Positions 39,174 to 54,140 are shown, counted from the stretch's first letter. The stretch: DNA of 64,000 nucleotides from Eledone cirrhosa (GCA_964016885.1 OZ024743.1:262198001-262262000); one strand, 5' to 3'. Numbers and translations are program-made. The notes: a model not told the origin generated them from the letters alone.

Positions 39174-41067
39174 ATGTGCCTGTGAAAGAAAAGTAATCAA
39201 TACTTTGATCTGTTGTTCCTTCATAACTGCCTAATATTGTGGGTTTTCTTATCAGAAATCGATTATGTATGAATGGTAATGTGGCAATATCTTTCTTCCC
39301 CTCTTACTAAAACACAGCATGTGCACATGCACACTTGCACACACTCAACATTTTTAATATACTTTACTGAGATTCTATTACATGTTATCTTCATTCTTGT
39401 GAAGTTGGTATTGGCAGTATTTTATATATTCTTGTGTTCTTATTTGCATGTAAAACTATACGTGTTTACAACACGTTTATGAATTTCAATGTAAACCCAC
39501 ATTTTCGTTTCTCTAAGAGAGTGGGGAGGGGTGGGGTTGATCTTTTCCTTAGCCTTTCAATATATATGGAATGGAAAAGACCAACATTGATATCAACAAT
39601 GATTGTTCCAGTTATTTGATCAGTGATATAATCAGTTTGTGAAATTAATGTGAAAGCATTCTATATACACGTATCTCGTAATGTAATTTTCAGGGAGATT
39701 CAGTGTAACACTGTGGGACAATGCTGGCCGTTTCAGTTATAGTTACATCCCATCCTACAGGCTTCCAATCTGTTTTATTCTTTACCCCAATTCAATCACA
39801 AGGGTCAAGTTGACTAGAGGATCATTATCATCATCATCATCATACATTCGTTTTCCATGCTTGCATGGGTTTGTTGGGTTGTCACTGTTCAAGAGTAAAC
39901 AGGGCAGAGGACCAGGTTTTATTATATATGTTCCATTTTTGGCATGATTTCTGTAGCTGGGTACTCTTCTTAATGTCAACCACTTTACAGTGTGTACTGG
40001 GTATATTTTATCATGGCATTAGCACTACCACCTTAGAGAGTGCACTGGGTACATTTTATGTCACCATCTTTACAGAATGCACTGGGTGTGCTTCATCATG
40101 GCATCAGGATTACCATTTTACAAAGTGTACTGGGTGCATTCTATCATTGCACCAGCACTACTACTAGAAATGTCATTATGACTTTGTTAGGGTAGGAGGA
40201 AATAACGGTTGAAGGTGGGTGGTGGAGACTTCCAAGGTCTTTCCTGCATCTTTTATATATGCAGAGTGTACATTTGTGTGTTTGAATGCTTGTGTGGAAG
40301 TTTGTGTGTTCATAACTGTGTGGTTGTATTTACATATCTTTGTGTGTATATAAATGTGCATTTATATACATGTATGTATATTCGAAATTTATAAACATCT
40401 AACCTATTTGCAGAGCACCTGATTTCTATGAGAATCAACTCCTACCATACCCCAATCCCTTATCCATCATCATCAAAGGTTGGCTTTTCCATGTTAGCAT
40501 GGGCCTGACAAATTTTTTTCTAGCACAGCATCTCTCCACACAGTACAGTCCTTCGTCACCTCATCTAGTATCTTCAGCAATTTCAAATCAACTCTCACAA
40601 CTTCCATCCAGGTTTTCCTTGGTCTCTCTTTGCTATAGTTTCTTCCCACTTAGATTTCTGGCACTTCTCTCCTGCACATTACATCTGATTCCTCTTATAC
40701 TCAGCTTTTTGCTCTCATTTTCTGGGTTATTTCAAAATGTGTAAATGTTTGTTACTGGTGTTACATAAGACCCAGAACCTTTCTGAGATCTCTGCTATCT
40801 CTTTTAACCCCCCTAACATTATGCTGGGTTTGCTTTTCTTCAAAGACATTCTAGTAGGGGTAGGGAGAAGTTCTACTGAATTTAGGTATGTTGGTTGTTG
40901 CTTGAGAACCATTACTACTAACACTATTATTAATATCACTTACTAATACTATTATCTACAGTCACTATTTTTACCACTACCACCAATACTATCACTACCA
41001 ATACCACCACTCACACTATTACTTCTACTAAAACTACCACCATCACTCACACTTTTTGGTATATTAA

Positions 41068-41319
41068 CCCTTTTGATATTAAACTGCCAGAAATTGCCGT
41101 TTGTTTTGATGATACAAAATTGCTTATTTTAAAGTGTTTATATTTATCTAAAAATTTCAGTCATAATTTTATGTCAGAACCAGTGTTCAGGTATGTTTCA
41201 AACATTAGCTAAATGTTGGGAAAGTTTTCTTAGTATATCTCTTCAAATTTTTAACAATTTTCAAAATTAGTTTAGACATATTGGAAGTGTAATTCATTAG
41301 AAATATAGTAATGAAAGGG
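41068..41319. mobile_element. piggyBac-like MITE (TTAA-CCCT...AGGG-TTAA). Related remnants at ~47668-47902, 49742-49920, 54617-54825
   Basis: TTAA TSD with CCCTTT / AAAGGG termini and a shared internal AT-rich sequence. Confidence 0.65.
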
Positions 41320-41384
41320 TTAAAGTGAGCTACAAGACATTTAGGATAAATGTTTAGCCCATAAATGTTATGAATACAAGCGAC

Positions 41385-41755
41385 CAAAATGGGTTCCCCC
41401 CGAAAGGTCTTTGGAGTAACATTACTTGATAAAGTGCATAGCTTAGAGATCAGATAGTTGTTCCAGGTAGAGTTACTACTTCTCTGAAATGGGAGATCAC
41501 AGCTCCGATACTATGGGCATTTGGTTAGAATATCTCAGGAAAGAATCACTGGACAGATTTTATGTGTAAAACTAACTGGCAAGAGACCCAGAGGTAGACC
41601 CCAAGCAAGATGGTTGGATAGCATCTATGAGCTCGGCTGGTCATGCTTGACGATCCAGCCGGATCAGTTGGAAATGGTTGCTTCTGACAGGATTTGCTGG
41701 AAGGAGTGTTTGAGGACTCTGCCCCCTATGACCCTCTCAGGAATAAGTGGGTAAA
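41385..41755 (+). mobile_element. Old RTE (Rex3/Expander-like) 3' fragment
   Basis: LRYYGHLVRISQERI...GKRPRGRPQARW...W..L..LPP. Confidence 0.75.
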
Positions 41756-44304
41756 GAGGGTTTTTTTCCACCCATCCTATGATAGAGTTGATAAACAAAA
41801 CACATTTGTTGTGTGTGTGTAGATGTGTAGGCATGTGCATAATGTATGTGTGTATAGTGTTTGTATATGTATGTGTGTATGTGTATGTATGTACTGAAAG
41901 CAGAGAGGATTATTGTAGACTTGTAAGAGGTTCTGAGAGAGAAGAAAGTGTAATTTTAAGCATGGGAATGTGGGTGGTTGAGTAAGGTGGTGATGGAGTG
42001 TGTGTGTAGGTGAGTGAGGTGGTGATGGAGTGTGTGAAGGTATGGGTGGAATTTGAGGTAGCTGATGGTGAAGGTGTTGAGGGTAGGTGGGAGTATGCAG
42101 TGGGGTAAAGGTATGGTGTGTGTGTGTGTAACATTTTGTTACAACAGTAGCTGTGGTTATTGTCATGTATTTTCCTCTCCCCCTCTTTTTCTAGGTTTGC
42201 AGGAGCTGGATAGATGTGAGCTCCCTCTGATCTAAAAACTTGCTCCATTTGATATGTGCAACATGATCACCTCTACCAAACAAACTCCCTTCACTGGCAT
42301 CACTAAATTGGGTCAGTTATGAAAACAAGAGTACTCTGCTACAATCATTCAAATAGCTACCTGCTCTGGAATCCAGAGGCTACTGATGGTGTTGACTCCT
42401 GTATCTGCAAATAGCTTACAATAAGTCTCCATCTTCACTGATATCCAATATGTGATATTCAAGGGTTTCTTTGATCAGTACTCTCACTATGACTGTTGAT
42501 AACATTGACAAGAAGTGCTGCTTTGGATCACACTATCCCTAAATTCTTGTGGATAGAGACAACCTATGAAAGCTGTATCACCAATGAGACTATTATCATG
42601 AACATACAAACACACACACACACACATCAGAACAATGCTATGATGTTCAAGGGAGCAGAATCACTTGTTCTACCAGTGAAGTAAGAGATAAATATGAAAG
42701 CTAAACTGCTACCCCATAAGAAAGCTACTGTTTTGTTTGCTGGAATGTAAAAACATTGAAGGCTGTAGAAATGTAAATACTGACAATGCATATGCTATAT
42801 CAGTATAATATAGACATCACATATCTCTCAGAAATCATTGCAGCCATCAATCTTTTAGGATTCTTTAATCCTTGCTTGACTATCACTTATAATGTGATGC
42901 TGGTGCTGATGACTGAACAGCATGGTGTGGCTTTTGCTCCCATTGAGAAAGCCAACATGTCTGTCATGCTGGGAACCTGTATCTTCCCTTGTATATCTTG
43001 GATCCATCTAAAGGGCCCCTTGTAACATTTATGTCATAGCAGTCTATGGCAATGATTGTTGAAAGGAGCAGTTCTACAGTGATCTTCAGGCATCTGTCAA
43101 TAGGACATCCTCCAGCAATCTCCTTATTGTTGTAAGTGATTAGCAAGATGGCCCAGGGAAAGGTGATACAAGCAAGAGAAGGATCCCCAGACAGTCCAGT
43201 CAGTGACCCACACCAGTGAGGAATGCTTAGTAAATTTTACTTCAATCAACCAGTTGGTTATAACAAAAACCCAGTTGAAACTTCCACCAAAACAACACAT
43301 CACTTGTTATTCAAACAATGGCTTCATGGCCAATCTGATCAACTATCTCTTTGTTCACTGTTACTGGGTCGAATATGTACTTGAATATTAATATTATGGT
43401 ACTGAAATGGGCAGTGAGAATGGCTCTGATCATACTCTGATATGAGCAAAGTTGGTCTGAAGGCCAACAAACCATCTAAAAGATCTCTAAATTATGATAT
43501 TGCGAAGTTGAAAAATGCAGTATTCTGGTTTTCTATGGTCTAAGCTTCCCCTTCACCAGTTCTCTTTGTCTTTCATCCTTTTGAGATCAATGAAGAAAAC
43601 TTTAGCACTGTTCTGGTGCAGCTCTCTCTCTCTCTCTCTTTCTATCTTTCCTTCCAGCTGTTACATCCTGGATGTTCCCCTGGACCAAAGGAGGGAGAGC
43701 TGGGAGGGTATCTGTGTTTGCTTGCAACTACATGTTTACTTAAAACCCTTAGTGAAAGCATGGTACACACTACTAAATCACACTCACTTGCGAATGATGG
43801 TCATAGTTCTCTAACATATGTATAAAAAAAATCTATTGAGTAGATAGCCCTTTTTAGTGTTTTATTTTTGTTTTTATTTTGTCTTTCTTTTGTTCTTATA
43901 ACCTTTTTTTCTCTGTGTTTTGATTTTCTTAAATCTTCTCTGCTTTTAAAACATGTATTCGTTTCTCTTTTGTCTTGTCTTCTCTTTTCTTCTCTCATAT
44001 CTTGAATATTCTTTTCTTTTCTCATATCTTCTCTTTCTTCTCTCCTTTATCTTGTCTTTTCTTTTCTTCTTATATCTTGACTTCTCTTTTTTTTTTCCTT
44101 TTCTCTTTTGTCTTGTCTTCTTCCTTCTCTCCTGACTTTTTCTTCTTCCTTCTCTCCTGACTTTTTCTTCTTCCTTCTCATGTCTACTCTTTTCTTAATT
44201 TTTCTTTTATATTTTTATATTTCCTCTTCTGCTGATGTTTATTCTTCTGAGACCTATTACTACATCTTTTATCTTTTATCTTCTGTCATTTTCTGCCTGT
44301 GCTA

Positions 44305-44670
44305 TTATCACAACCATCATCAACCCCACTATTACCACCATCATCAACCCCACTATTACCACCACCACCACTACCATCATCATTATCATCAACACAGCTA
44401 TTATCACCACCACCATCATCATCAATGCCACTATTACCACCACCACCATCAACACCACTATTACCATCTCATCGCCATTGCCACAAATCTTCTCATTACC
44501 ACAGTCATTATCATCATTGCTATGGTCATTCCCACCACCATTATCACCATCATCATCATTATCATGACCAATGTCATCGCCCGCATAACTATCACTACCA
44601 TCATTATTACTACTATCATCATCTTTATCTCTACCACTACCATCATCATCCTCACCATTGTCATTAGTGT
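44305..44670. repeat. (CAT/CAC)n low-complexity tract
   Basis: Seen directly. Explains the His/Thr/Ile-rich ORFs. Confidence 0.9.
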
Positions 44671-45619
44671 TTAGTCTCAGATATATCTATTATAACTTGT
44701 AGGAAGTTAGTATACAAATTCAGGTCCAATTCACAATAATGTTTCCTTGTGAAGAGAGCCACTTTATGCTAAAGCTGTTTTTACCTTCAGGGCTATTGGT
44801 CAGTAATATTTAGTGTGTGACTATGAAGACACTGTTGTTTAATCCTAGGTTGACCTTGATCAACTAGAACTATGATCAAAGGTGTTCCTGCCATGATCAT
44901 CCTGTCTTTCTTTTTATATGAGCTACTTTATTGTCCAATGTATACCCCTTTATTTTATACAGCAGTGTGTTATTTAAGTGAGATTTGGCTGCTATTTCTA
45001 ACAGGTCAAGTATATATTGTCAACTTGTTTGGGTCAGGTGAAAGTATACATAGGTGCAAGCATTGCTGTGTGGTTAATAAAGTTTGTTCTGTAACTATAT
45101 GACTTCGGGTTTGATTTCACTGCATGACAGCTTCAGTAAGTCTCTTCTCGATGCCTTTAAATGAGTCCATCTTCTTGCAAGCACTTGGACCAAATCTCTA
45201 CTTTGAGGATAATTCCTCCATTCCCATTCCCCTCAAGTTTCAGAGGATCTTTCTCCTCTAAGTTATATAAATAATCAATGTACATATCCAATGAATGTAT
45301 GTCAGCTAAAGTATAAAGTATGTGACTGTGTGCCAGTTCATATTAGTGAGACATTTAAATTATATAGTTAGTGAGAGTGCATATACTCTGTGTGTGATAT
45401 ATAAAGGTAAATAATAAAATATGTACAGGTCAGTTGAAAGTAACCTATGTGTGTGAAGGTTAGAGGTAATCCATTCTATATTATTTATATTAGATGTTAC
45501 ATTTAAACATTAAAAAATTTCTGTGGAATTTAATTTCCTTCTGATATGTCTTGCCACAAAACATTATTTTTTTAATTATATTCTATTCTGAAACTTATAT
45601 ATACCTTATTATACTCCAG

Positions 45620-47074
45620 TCATCATCATCATCATCACCGTTTTACGTCCGTTCTTCCACGCTAGCATGGGTTAGACGGGTTGTCCTGTTGTGGGCAGTG
45701 TCTGGTCGGCTGACCATGCCTTGCTCATACAGGAACTGATTTGGCTGGATGCCCTTCCTAACACCAACCTCATTTACAGTGAGTGCTGGGTGCTTTTTCG
45801 TTGCTGCCTACACGCCAGAGGTCACGGTCGTGTGTCATCGCCTTTGAGAAGTGTAATTGGGTAAGGTCGGCTTTTATCACCTCATCCCAGGTCATCTTGG
45901 GTCTCCCCACTCCGCGGTTTCCATCGACTTCTAGTGCTCTGCACCTTTTTATGCAGCTGTCATCCTTCATACGCATCACATGTCCATACCCACGCAATCG
46001 CCTCTCCTGCACACAGCATTTGATTCCTCTTATGCTCAGTCTCTCTCTCCATTTATGCTTTGTCGTTCGCGTATATTACTATTACACATCCATCGGAGCA
46101 TGCAGGCTTCGTTTCTCTCTAATCCACGTAAGTCTTCCACCTTCAGCGTCCAGGTCTCACTGCCATGCAACATCGCTGTTCGGATACACGCATCATACAG
46201 TCTGCCTTTCATTTTGAGGGAGAAGCCTTTTGCAGCTAGCAGTGGTAGTAGTTTCCGTTCTTACCCTAGTTATTGTACTTTCTGAACACCCACCTCCGCT
46301 GGTAATTCGGTCACCTAGGTAGCAGAAGCTGTCTACTGTTTCTACAGAGCCCTCCCAGAGATTGATGGTACTTGTTTCCTGTGGCTGTTTGCTGCTTGCT
46401 GTCCCAGCACAGCTGCTGCATGTGAAGCCTACATTCTTAATTAAGCTTCCTGAGATCCCGCTACATCTCTTGTGTACCCATTGTTTGCATTTGGGGCAGA
46501 GAATGGAGTTCCTACCTACACCTTTCCTACATACTGAGCAAGGCCATTTCCCTGAGGGGATCTGGGTTCTGTCTTCTCGTCTACTTACAAGGACCTTTCT
46601 TTCTAGTCCCTTTCTTTCTAGTCCCTGCTTCCAAGTTTGGAATTTCTTCTCTAGTTCTACCATAGATTCAGCTATAAGTGCGAGGTCATCAGCATACAGG
46701 AGTTCCCATGGGCATCCGGTCTTAAACTTCTCCGTTATTGTCTGCAGGACTATGATGAACAGGAGGGTGCTAAGAACAGAGCCCTGGTGGACCCCAACCT
46801 GTACGCTAAATTCCTCGCTATACTCATTGCTAATCCTAACTTTGCTGACTGCTCCCCTATACATGGCTTGTACAGCTTTCACAAGCCGTTCATCTACTCC
46901 TAGTTTTCTAAGAGCCCACCAGATTACAGCACATAGAACTCTGTCAAAGGCTTTCTCAAGATCGACGAATGCCAGGTAGAGTGGCTTACTTTAGCTAGGT
47001 ACTTTTCCTGTAACTGCCCTCACAAAGAAGAGGGCATCAGTGGTGCCTCTTCCTGGTACAAACCCAAATTGCAT
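45620..47074 (-). mobile_element. RTE subfamily A, 5'-truncated, with internal deletions and frameshifts
   Basis: AFVDLEKAFDRV, GVHQGSVLS, YADD and (GAT)n tail. Confidence 0.92.
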
Positions 47075-50000
47075 AACACAATTAAAAAAAACAAAACAAT
47101 AAAAAATTTGAGTGAGATCAAATATGTAGTAATATACTGGTGTGTATGTAATTTAGTAACAAGAATAATTTAAAAAAACAGTTTTAAACTGGCTTGTTGC
47201 TTCTTCAGAAGAAATATATTTGCTGGATTGGCAGAGGGTGGTGACTTGCCAGAATTGATACAGCACCAGATATAATGCTTTGTTATTTAGTTGGGTCCCA
47301 TTTACATTCTATGTTCAAATCCCTTCTATGTTCAAATCCATTCTATGTTCAAATCCATTCTATGTTCAAATCCCTTTTATCCTTCCAGATTCAGTAAAGT
47401 AAGTACTTGTGGAGTTAGGGTTCTTTAAAGTATTAGTTAAAATCCCACCAGGTTTCAACTTTGTTAGTTATTTTGAGGTCATTAATTCCAGTAATAAACT
47501 GAGATCAATAAAATTGATTTCCTTACCTACCAAATTTGAGGCAAATATCCATTTTGATAACAAACCACCAAAAAACTGTCCTGGAATTATGATACAAAAC
47601 TGCTCATTTAAAAATGTTTATCCTTTTATAAAAACTTTTCATCATAATTTTATGTAAGAAATTTTTCTTAACCCTTTTATGACCATATTTCTAAGGAAAT
47701 ACATGCTGTTTCAATTAATTAATTAATTTTGAGGGATTTATTAAAATCATTAATCATTTCATTACTAAGATATTAACTTAATGTAAGGTTCTTATATAAA
47801 ATCATACTGGAAGATTTTAATTTAAATTGGAAACCTTTAAAATAGGTGACTTTATTTCATAGACCCAGAGCTGGTTTTGGCCAGACTGGTAACAAAAGAG
47901 TTCAGTGATGTTCTAAATATCAGCTTACTAATGAAAATTTGTTATTTTATTAAATTCCTGCAAATGTTTGGTTATTTTAAAAATTAATTGAAACACATAG
48001 GCAGTGTTTTTCATTAGAAAAACAGTAAACAAAGAGATATTCAAACTAATTGTTGTTGTTATTGCTGTTGTTGAATGTGAAGGTATGCTGTTCAGCACAT
48101 GGAGTGTAAACTCCATGCTAATCAGCAGTATGGTTTGTTGGACTGATGTTCTTGGTGTCTGGTTCAGGCCAGCACTTGGGATGAAGATATGAGCAGGCTG
48201 GCCAGTGTCACCCAGAAATAAGCTGAAGGGAAGCTGTTCCTGAAAGGTCAGAAAGATATGGCATATATTTATGACTTTTGTCATTTATTATCACTGCCCC
48301 GCTCTCCCCGTGTTTTGTTTCAGTGCTCCTCTGCTGGAATTGGAACATCTACACTTTTGCTTCTTGTGGAAGAAGTGAATTCATCTGATCAGAAGGTTCA
48401 TCTGTATAGAGAGCCATGAGTATACCATGACAAATGAGGCATAGATATGCACTAAGACTGCAGCATCTACAGAAATTCTTGGATGGTGAGCAGATGTAGT
48501 TATCATTTGTCAGACATGTCTTCCAATAGTTTCTTCCATAGAGTTGCAGTCCTAAGTGAAGCAAAGGTGAAGATTGTGTTCTTGACATCAGCAATTTTAT
48601 TAGGCACTCAGTTTTCAATGTGATGCCATTCTCAGGGAGACTTCAGGCATCAGACAGTCTATTTTAGAGGATTTTCAGCACAGGTACTATGAACAACTAT
48701 AAGCAGTCTGCCACTATGTTCTTGCTATAGCAAAACAGGTTTTATAGGAGACAAGACTGAAAGAACTGGGACTTTTCCTTTTTAACTAAGCTCTTTAACA
48801 ACTTCAAGCTGCTCTTCAAGAGGCAATTGAGGGTGGAGATGGAGATGTGGGCCTTTGGTTGATTTCCTGAAAGGTGTATAGGTGGCAAGTAAATTTGCAT
48901 ACTCTTAGCATGTGCATGCAGGCCAGAGATCATAGCAGGGAGAAAACGTTTGCTCTTGATAGTAAGGGTAGTCAGTATTCTGTGTTTTCTGTCTTCTGAT
49001 ACCTATCCCTCTATTAGGACACTTCATTTCTTTTCATTACTGTTGCTTTCAATGCATGTTTTTCATAATCAATTTGTGTAATAATTTTAGTTAGTGCCCA
49101 TCAACTGACACCCCTGTGATAAATAAAGAAATAATAAATATCATCGTCATTATCGTAATCATCCTCATTCAAGCTGACTAGGTTGATGGTAGATTTTGAA
49201 AATAGATAAAGGTATTTAAAGTTGTGACAAATAAATTTTTTTTGTGGGTGTGAATGAGAAAGGGGGTGATTTTTGAAACCTCAAATATTGTTTATTGTTC
49301 TTCATTTAAATACTTAAAACTGTCCTTCCTGTTTAAGTTGCCCACATAGAGTAATAATACTACTTCTACTACTAATAATAATGATAAACTCTGATATGTT
49401 TGTTGACAATGAAAGACTACCATAATTGTGAGTGGCAATTATAAAACTGCTTAAGGTCTTTATTTTTTCATGTCAAAGTAAGTTGTCTGTAGTGTAGTGT
49501 GTGTGTGTGTGTGTGTGTGTAATTACCGGTACAGACATTGTTACTGCATGTCTTGGTGTTCCTACCCCCCCCCCCCCCCCCGCCCCACTGCCCACTCGCT
49601 ACCTTTTCTTAATCAGCTGGTTTGTTTTCCTTTCCTTTTTTTTTTTTTTTGTTAAGTTCAAGGTCTGTCTGTAGCTCCATTTGCCTGGTGAATGAACTCT
49701 TCTTTTGTTGTCATCAGTATTATTAAAGATAAAATTTTCCCTTAACCCTTTTTTGACCATATTTTGCATAAAATATTCTATATTTCAATTAATATAGAAT
49801 TTTGAGGGATTTTCTAAAATTGTTAAAATATTTTAATTTAAATAGGAGCCCTTTTAAATTGGTGGTTTTGTTTCATAAAATCAGAGATGATTTTGGGTGG
49901 GATGATATTAAAAGGGTTAAGCATTGGCAGCTCAAAGTGTGAAAATTAATAAAATAAGTGCATTACTTTAAATCAAGTAGGGGTTGGCATCAGAAAGGGC

Positions 50001-52674
50001 ATCTGGCTGTAGAACATTACACCCAAAAATTCTTGTCCAACACATGCCAACATGGAAAAATAAAAAAGTGATGATGAGGAGGTTGATAACATCTCTCCAT
50101 TTTCTTTGTGGGTTGTTAATGAACCACTTGTTTTTTTTTTTGTTTTCTTCCCTTTTTTCTCCAACTAAGAGGGACAGTTTTATTTATTAAGACATTTTTT
50201 GCCCACATAGGTAACAAATTGGCAGTCATTAGAGCAACAGATTGTCTCTATTTATTCTGGCTCTCTACTGAGTTCAAATTCAGCCATGGTCAAGTTTGCC
50301 TTCCATCTTTTTTGACTCAATGAATTGATGACCTGTCCAGGATTGGTAGATTGGAAGAATTGTTTAAGAGTTGTTCAGGAAGATTTGCAGTGAATGTTTC
50401 AGCTCTCTGCCTTCTGAATTCCAATTCAACCTCTTGTCACTGGAAAGGTGGTGACACATGTGCCAAGAGTTGGAACTGGCTGTTGGTATTAGCAATGGAA
50501 TGATCAATAGAAACAATTTCTTTGGTCTAAGCTAATGATTGGCTCCTTTCCTTTTCTTTACATACATTATTCAGTATTCGAAATATGAAGATTCTGATGG
50601 GTTTTATTTGAGATGCAACTGTTTGGGTTATGGTTCTTATTATTTAACCACAAGTAAACTTTACCTATACAGACCTGTAATCAAACACATTCCAGCTGTA
50701 TAACCATCCTATAATTTCTTCTGACATGTATATCTAGGAATCAGTATCCAATGTGTCCTTTCTATTTTTAAGATGACTAGACTTTCAGGGAGATTTGACT
50801 GCTATTTCTAGTAGATTGACTGACCACTGTGAGATTTTCTCATTGTTTCTCCAGAGATTGTATTACATTTGGTGACATTGATCTCTCGGTTCATCATCAT
50901 TTATTCCCCACCACCTTCACTTCTCAGTTGCCACCAAAACATACAATCAAGACAAGAGGAAGCTGCTATGCACTCACCTAGCCAGCTAAAAATAATAATA
51001 TTTTTTTCAAATAACCTTCTACCATCTTAAAAATGACACATTGGGTATTATAGTCTTAGATACACTGTATGTGGGAGGAAAATAAAAAAAATGCCTTTGA
51101 TAAGCATTCTGGATCAGGACTGACCTCTGGCTAAACAGCAGTAATTAAAACAGCTTGTGTGATTAGGTAGAGGCAGTGTGTTTCAACTGCTACAGAACAC
51201 TCTCTTATACAAAACAAACATTGAGCTGAAAAAAATTGCTATGTGGTTGCTCAGTCTGCTAGAAATAACAGCCAAATCTTCAAATCACATCATCCTCATC
51301 ATCATCGTTTTTAAGTCCATTTTTCCATGCTGGCACAGATTGGATAGTTATTTTGAGGTAGTGTTTTACAGAAGGATGCTCTTTCTGACACCAACCTTTT
51401 TAGTCAGCTCTGACAACATGCAGGGATACAGAGTACTTTTTCTAAGTAGTAGTGTACACACTAATGTCTCAGAAAAAAACCCCGACACATTGAATAATGT
51501 GGTCCTATGTTCACTTAAGATGATATGCTTACAGCTGGAACACCTTTGATAATAGGTCTGCTGGATCAAGGCTGACCTGATGATTAATAACAATAACAAC
51601 AGTCAAATTTTATCTGTGAGCTTTGTGAAGGAATATATTATCATGAAGATTGTTTGTCACAACAGAAAAAACAAAACAAAAAAAAAACAGTTTATTCAGG
51701 AGAATTATGTGTTCAAACTAACAGAAGCATTAGTATTCATTCTGACTCTTTGCATTCTGAATTCAAATGTAACCAAGGTTAAATTTGTCATCTTTCCATG
51801 GTCAATAAATAAAGCACCAGTCAAATGTAGGTGGTGGGTTATTGGAATTATTAGCTCTTCAGAGAAGTTACCTTTTGGTATTTTGTCCCAACTATTTGTA
51901 TTCTAAGTTCAAATCCTACTCTGGTCTACTTGGGTGGTAGACTTAATCTGTTGGTTGGTTTAACACCACCACCTGGCCCTTGTATGCCTTTAGCAGAGTT
52001 CACTCTGCTTCAAGTATTTGAACTAGGTCTCTGGTTTGAGGATGTTTTTCTTCCACCAATCTGAGGCCCCCAAAAGAGTCATGGGCATTGCTCTTTCTGA
52101 CTAACTTATAAAAAAGTGAATTGAATGTATTCAAATTGTAATTGATTAAAAAAAGAAGAATAGTAGTATTTTGGAATTGACTTAATAAAGTTCTGGAATT
52201 TGAAGAAATCCAATTTCCAGGATAATTGCAGGTATGACAGTTATTATTTGAATTCAGAGTGTTGAAGGCTTAACAGATTATCTCGCCTACTGGAATTCAT
52301 CTGCTGGTTGTTCTTAGGTTCCAAATAAGACTGTACTAACTACAGAGCCTCTTTTCTTGGCTTTTTATGACATGTAAGATTGTTTCTTTTGTTTTTTATT
52401 GCTTAGGAAGGAAAATCCATAACTTTTCAGGACTTCTGTGAATGATGGCTAAAAATTGGGTTTCCAAGGTTCAGATGGAGGTGTTACACTGGACAACAGA
52501 TTGTTTAGTCCTATTTATTCTTTTATTTAACTTCGATATTTTTAAGCTTTTGCATTTTTCTTTCTATGGTTACTTTTATTTATCTCTTTTTTTTATATTT
52601 TCTCTTTTTAGGCTTCTGGCTTGGAGCTTGAACCACTCTTCTGACCTCATTTGATTCTTTAGAATTTCATTAGC

Positions 52675-53941
52675 ATGTCTGAGGTGCCTCCACTTCCAAG
52701 ACGGAAGGATAGCTTGCCAGCACCAAAAGTGCCTCCAATACCACCTGTGCCGAATCGAAAAAATTACCAATCAAGTCGCCCTTGTGTATGGCCAGTTACC
52801 CAGCCAACTACTTCAGCTGTGACCGTTTCTAGTGGCTGCAGTAGTAGCAGCGTCAGCAGTAGTAATATCAGCAGTAGTAGCAGCACCAGTGTCAGCGTCA
52901 GTAGCAGTAGTAGCAACAATAACAATACAACAAGCAGTACTATCACCAGTAGTACTACCATTACCACCACCAGCATTACCATCTCTACACCTGCTACAAC
53001 TAGTTGTATTTCTTCAGCTTCTGCTGCCGTCAAAATGTCTACAACCCCACAAGTATCAATATCATCTTCATCGTCAGCATCAATCGATTCCAAAAGTTCC
53101 AATGAAGCTTCTGAAATCGTATTCGAGGCTTCAAATCACTGCCAGGAGGGCTTCAAAGCTCTTTTGGATTTCTATAATCGGAAGATTTTATGTGACTTGG
53201 AGATTCGAGTTGGCAAGAAGTCGATATGGTGTCATCGGGTTGTTCTTGCATGTGTCAGCAACTACTTTAAAGGAATGTTCACATCTGACATGGCAGAGAG
53301 TAAGCAGGGTATTTTGACCATACATGATCTGGATGAGCAATGTCTGCAAGCTCTCATAACATTTGCATACACCTCTAAAGTCACCCTCACTGTAGACAAT
53401 GTACAACAACTACTATATGCATCATCCATTTTGCAAATGGAAACAGTTGCACAAGCTTGCTGCAAATTTATGCAGAACCATTTACATCCGACAAACTGTG
53501 TCGGTGTCAGAAACTTTGCTGAACAGCATGGCTGTACAGAACTGGTCAAAGTGACAGATGAATACATACTGGAACATTTCCTTGAGGTAGTTGACCAAGA
53601 AGAGTTTTGTAATATGCCATACAAAGTCATTGACATCATTGTCAGTTCACCTAACCTTAATGTACCTTCTGAAATCCGTGTTTATGAGGGTGTAATGAAA
53701 TGGGTTAAACAAGACTTAATGAAGCGCCGTTGTTATCTACCAAAACTGCTTGCACATGTCAAGCTACCACTTATACCAGTGAGTTACCTTATGGACTGTG
53801 TTGAGACTGAGGATCTTTTAAAGAAAAGTTTTGAGTGTAGGGACTTTCTCGATGAAGCAAAACATTACCAGATGTCTCACACCAACCTGATTATTGAGGT
53901 TAAAATTACAGAGAGGATGAAACCTCGAAAAAGCTATGCAG
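52675..53941 (+). CDS. KLHL8: Kelch-like protein, KLHL8-like: first coding exon (Pro/Ser/Thr-rich N-terminus, BTB and BACK domains). Kelch-repeat exons not seen in the window
   Basis: Acceptor TTTCTCTTTTTAG ending 52611, ATG at 52675, donor GCAG|GTAATG after 53941. BTB: LCDLEIRVG..CHRVVLAC..YFKGMF..TLTVDNVQQLLYA. BACK: HPTNC..VRNFAE..EIRVYEGVMKW..VKLPL..CRDFLDEAKHY. Ends PRKSYA(G), matching my recollection of KLHL8 (PRKHTAG). Confidence 0.88.
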
Positions 53942-54140
53942 GTAATGTTTCTTATTTCTCTATTTTCTTTTCATCTCTCTCATTCTCCCTCCCTCTCTCG
54001 CTCCCACTCCCCTCTCTCCCCATCTCTCACACTCTTTATATTTAATATATATATACTATCATTATCATTTTATGTTTGCTTTTCACATTGGCATGACTTA
54101 GAGACCAGACAGGTTGGGCTGACCTCATCTTGCACACGTG

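Noticed and set aside
52221-52410. Possible small 5' UTR exons just upstream of the coding exon
   Set aside because: AG/GT signals exist but cannot be told from chance without transcript data.
53942-54045. Tail of the 456-aa ORF (NVSYFSIFF...)
   Set aside because: Read-through into the intron past the GT donor at 53942.
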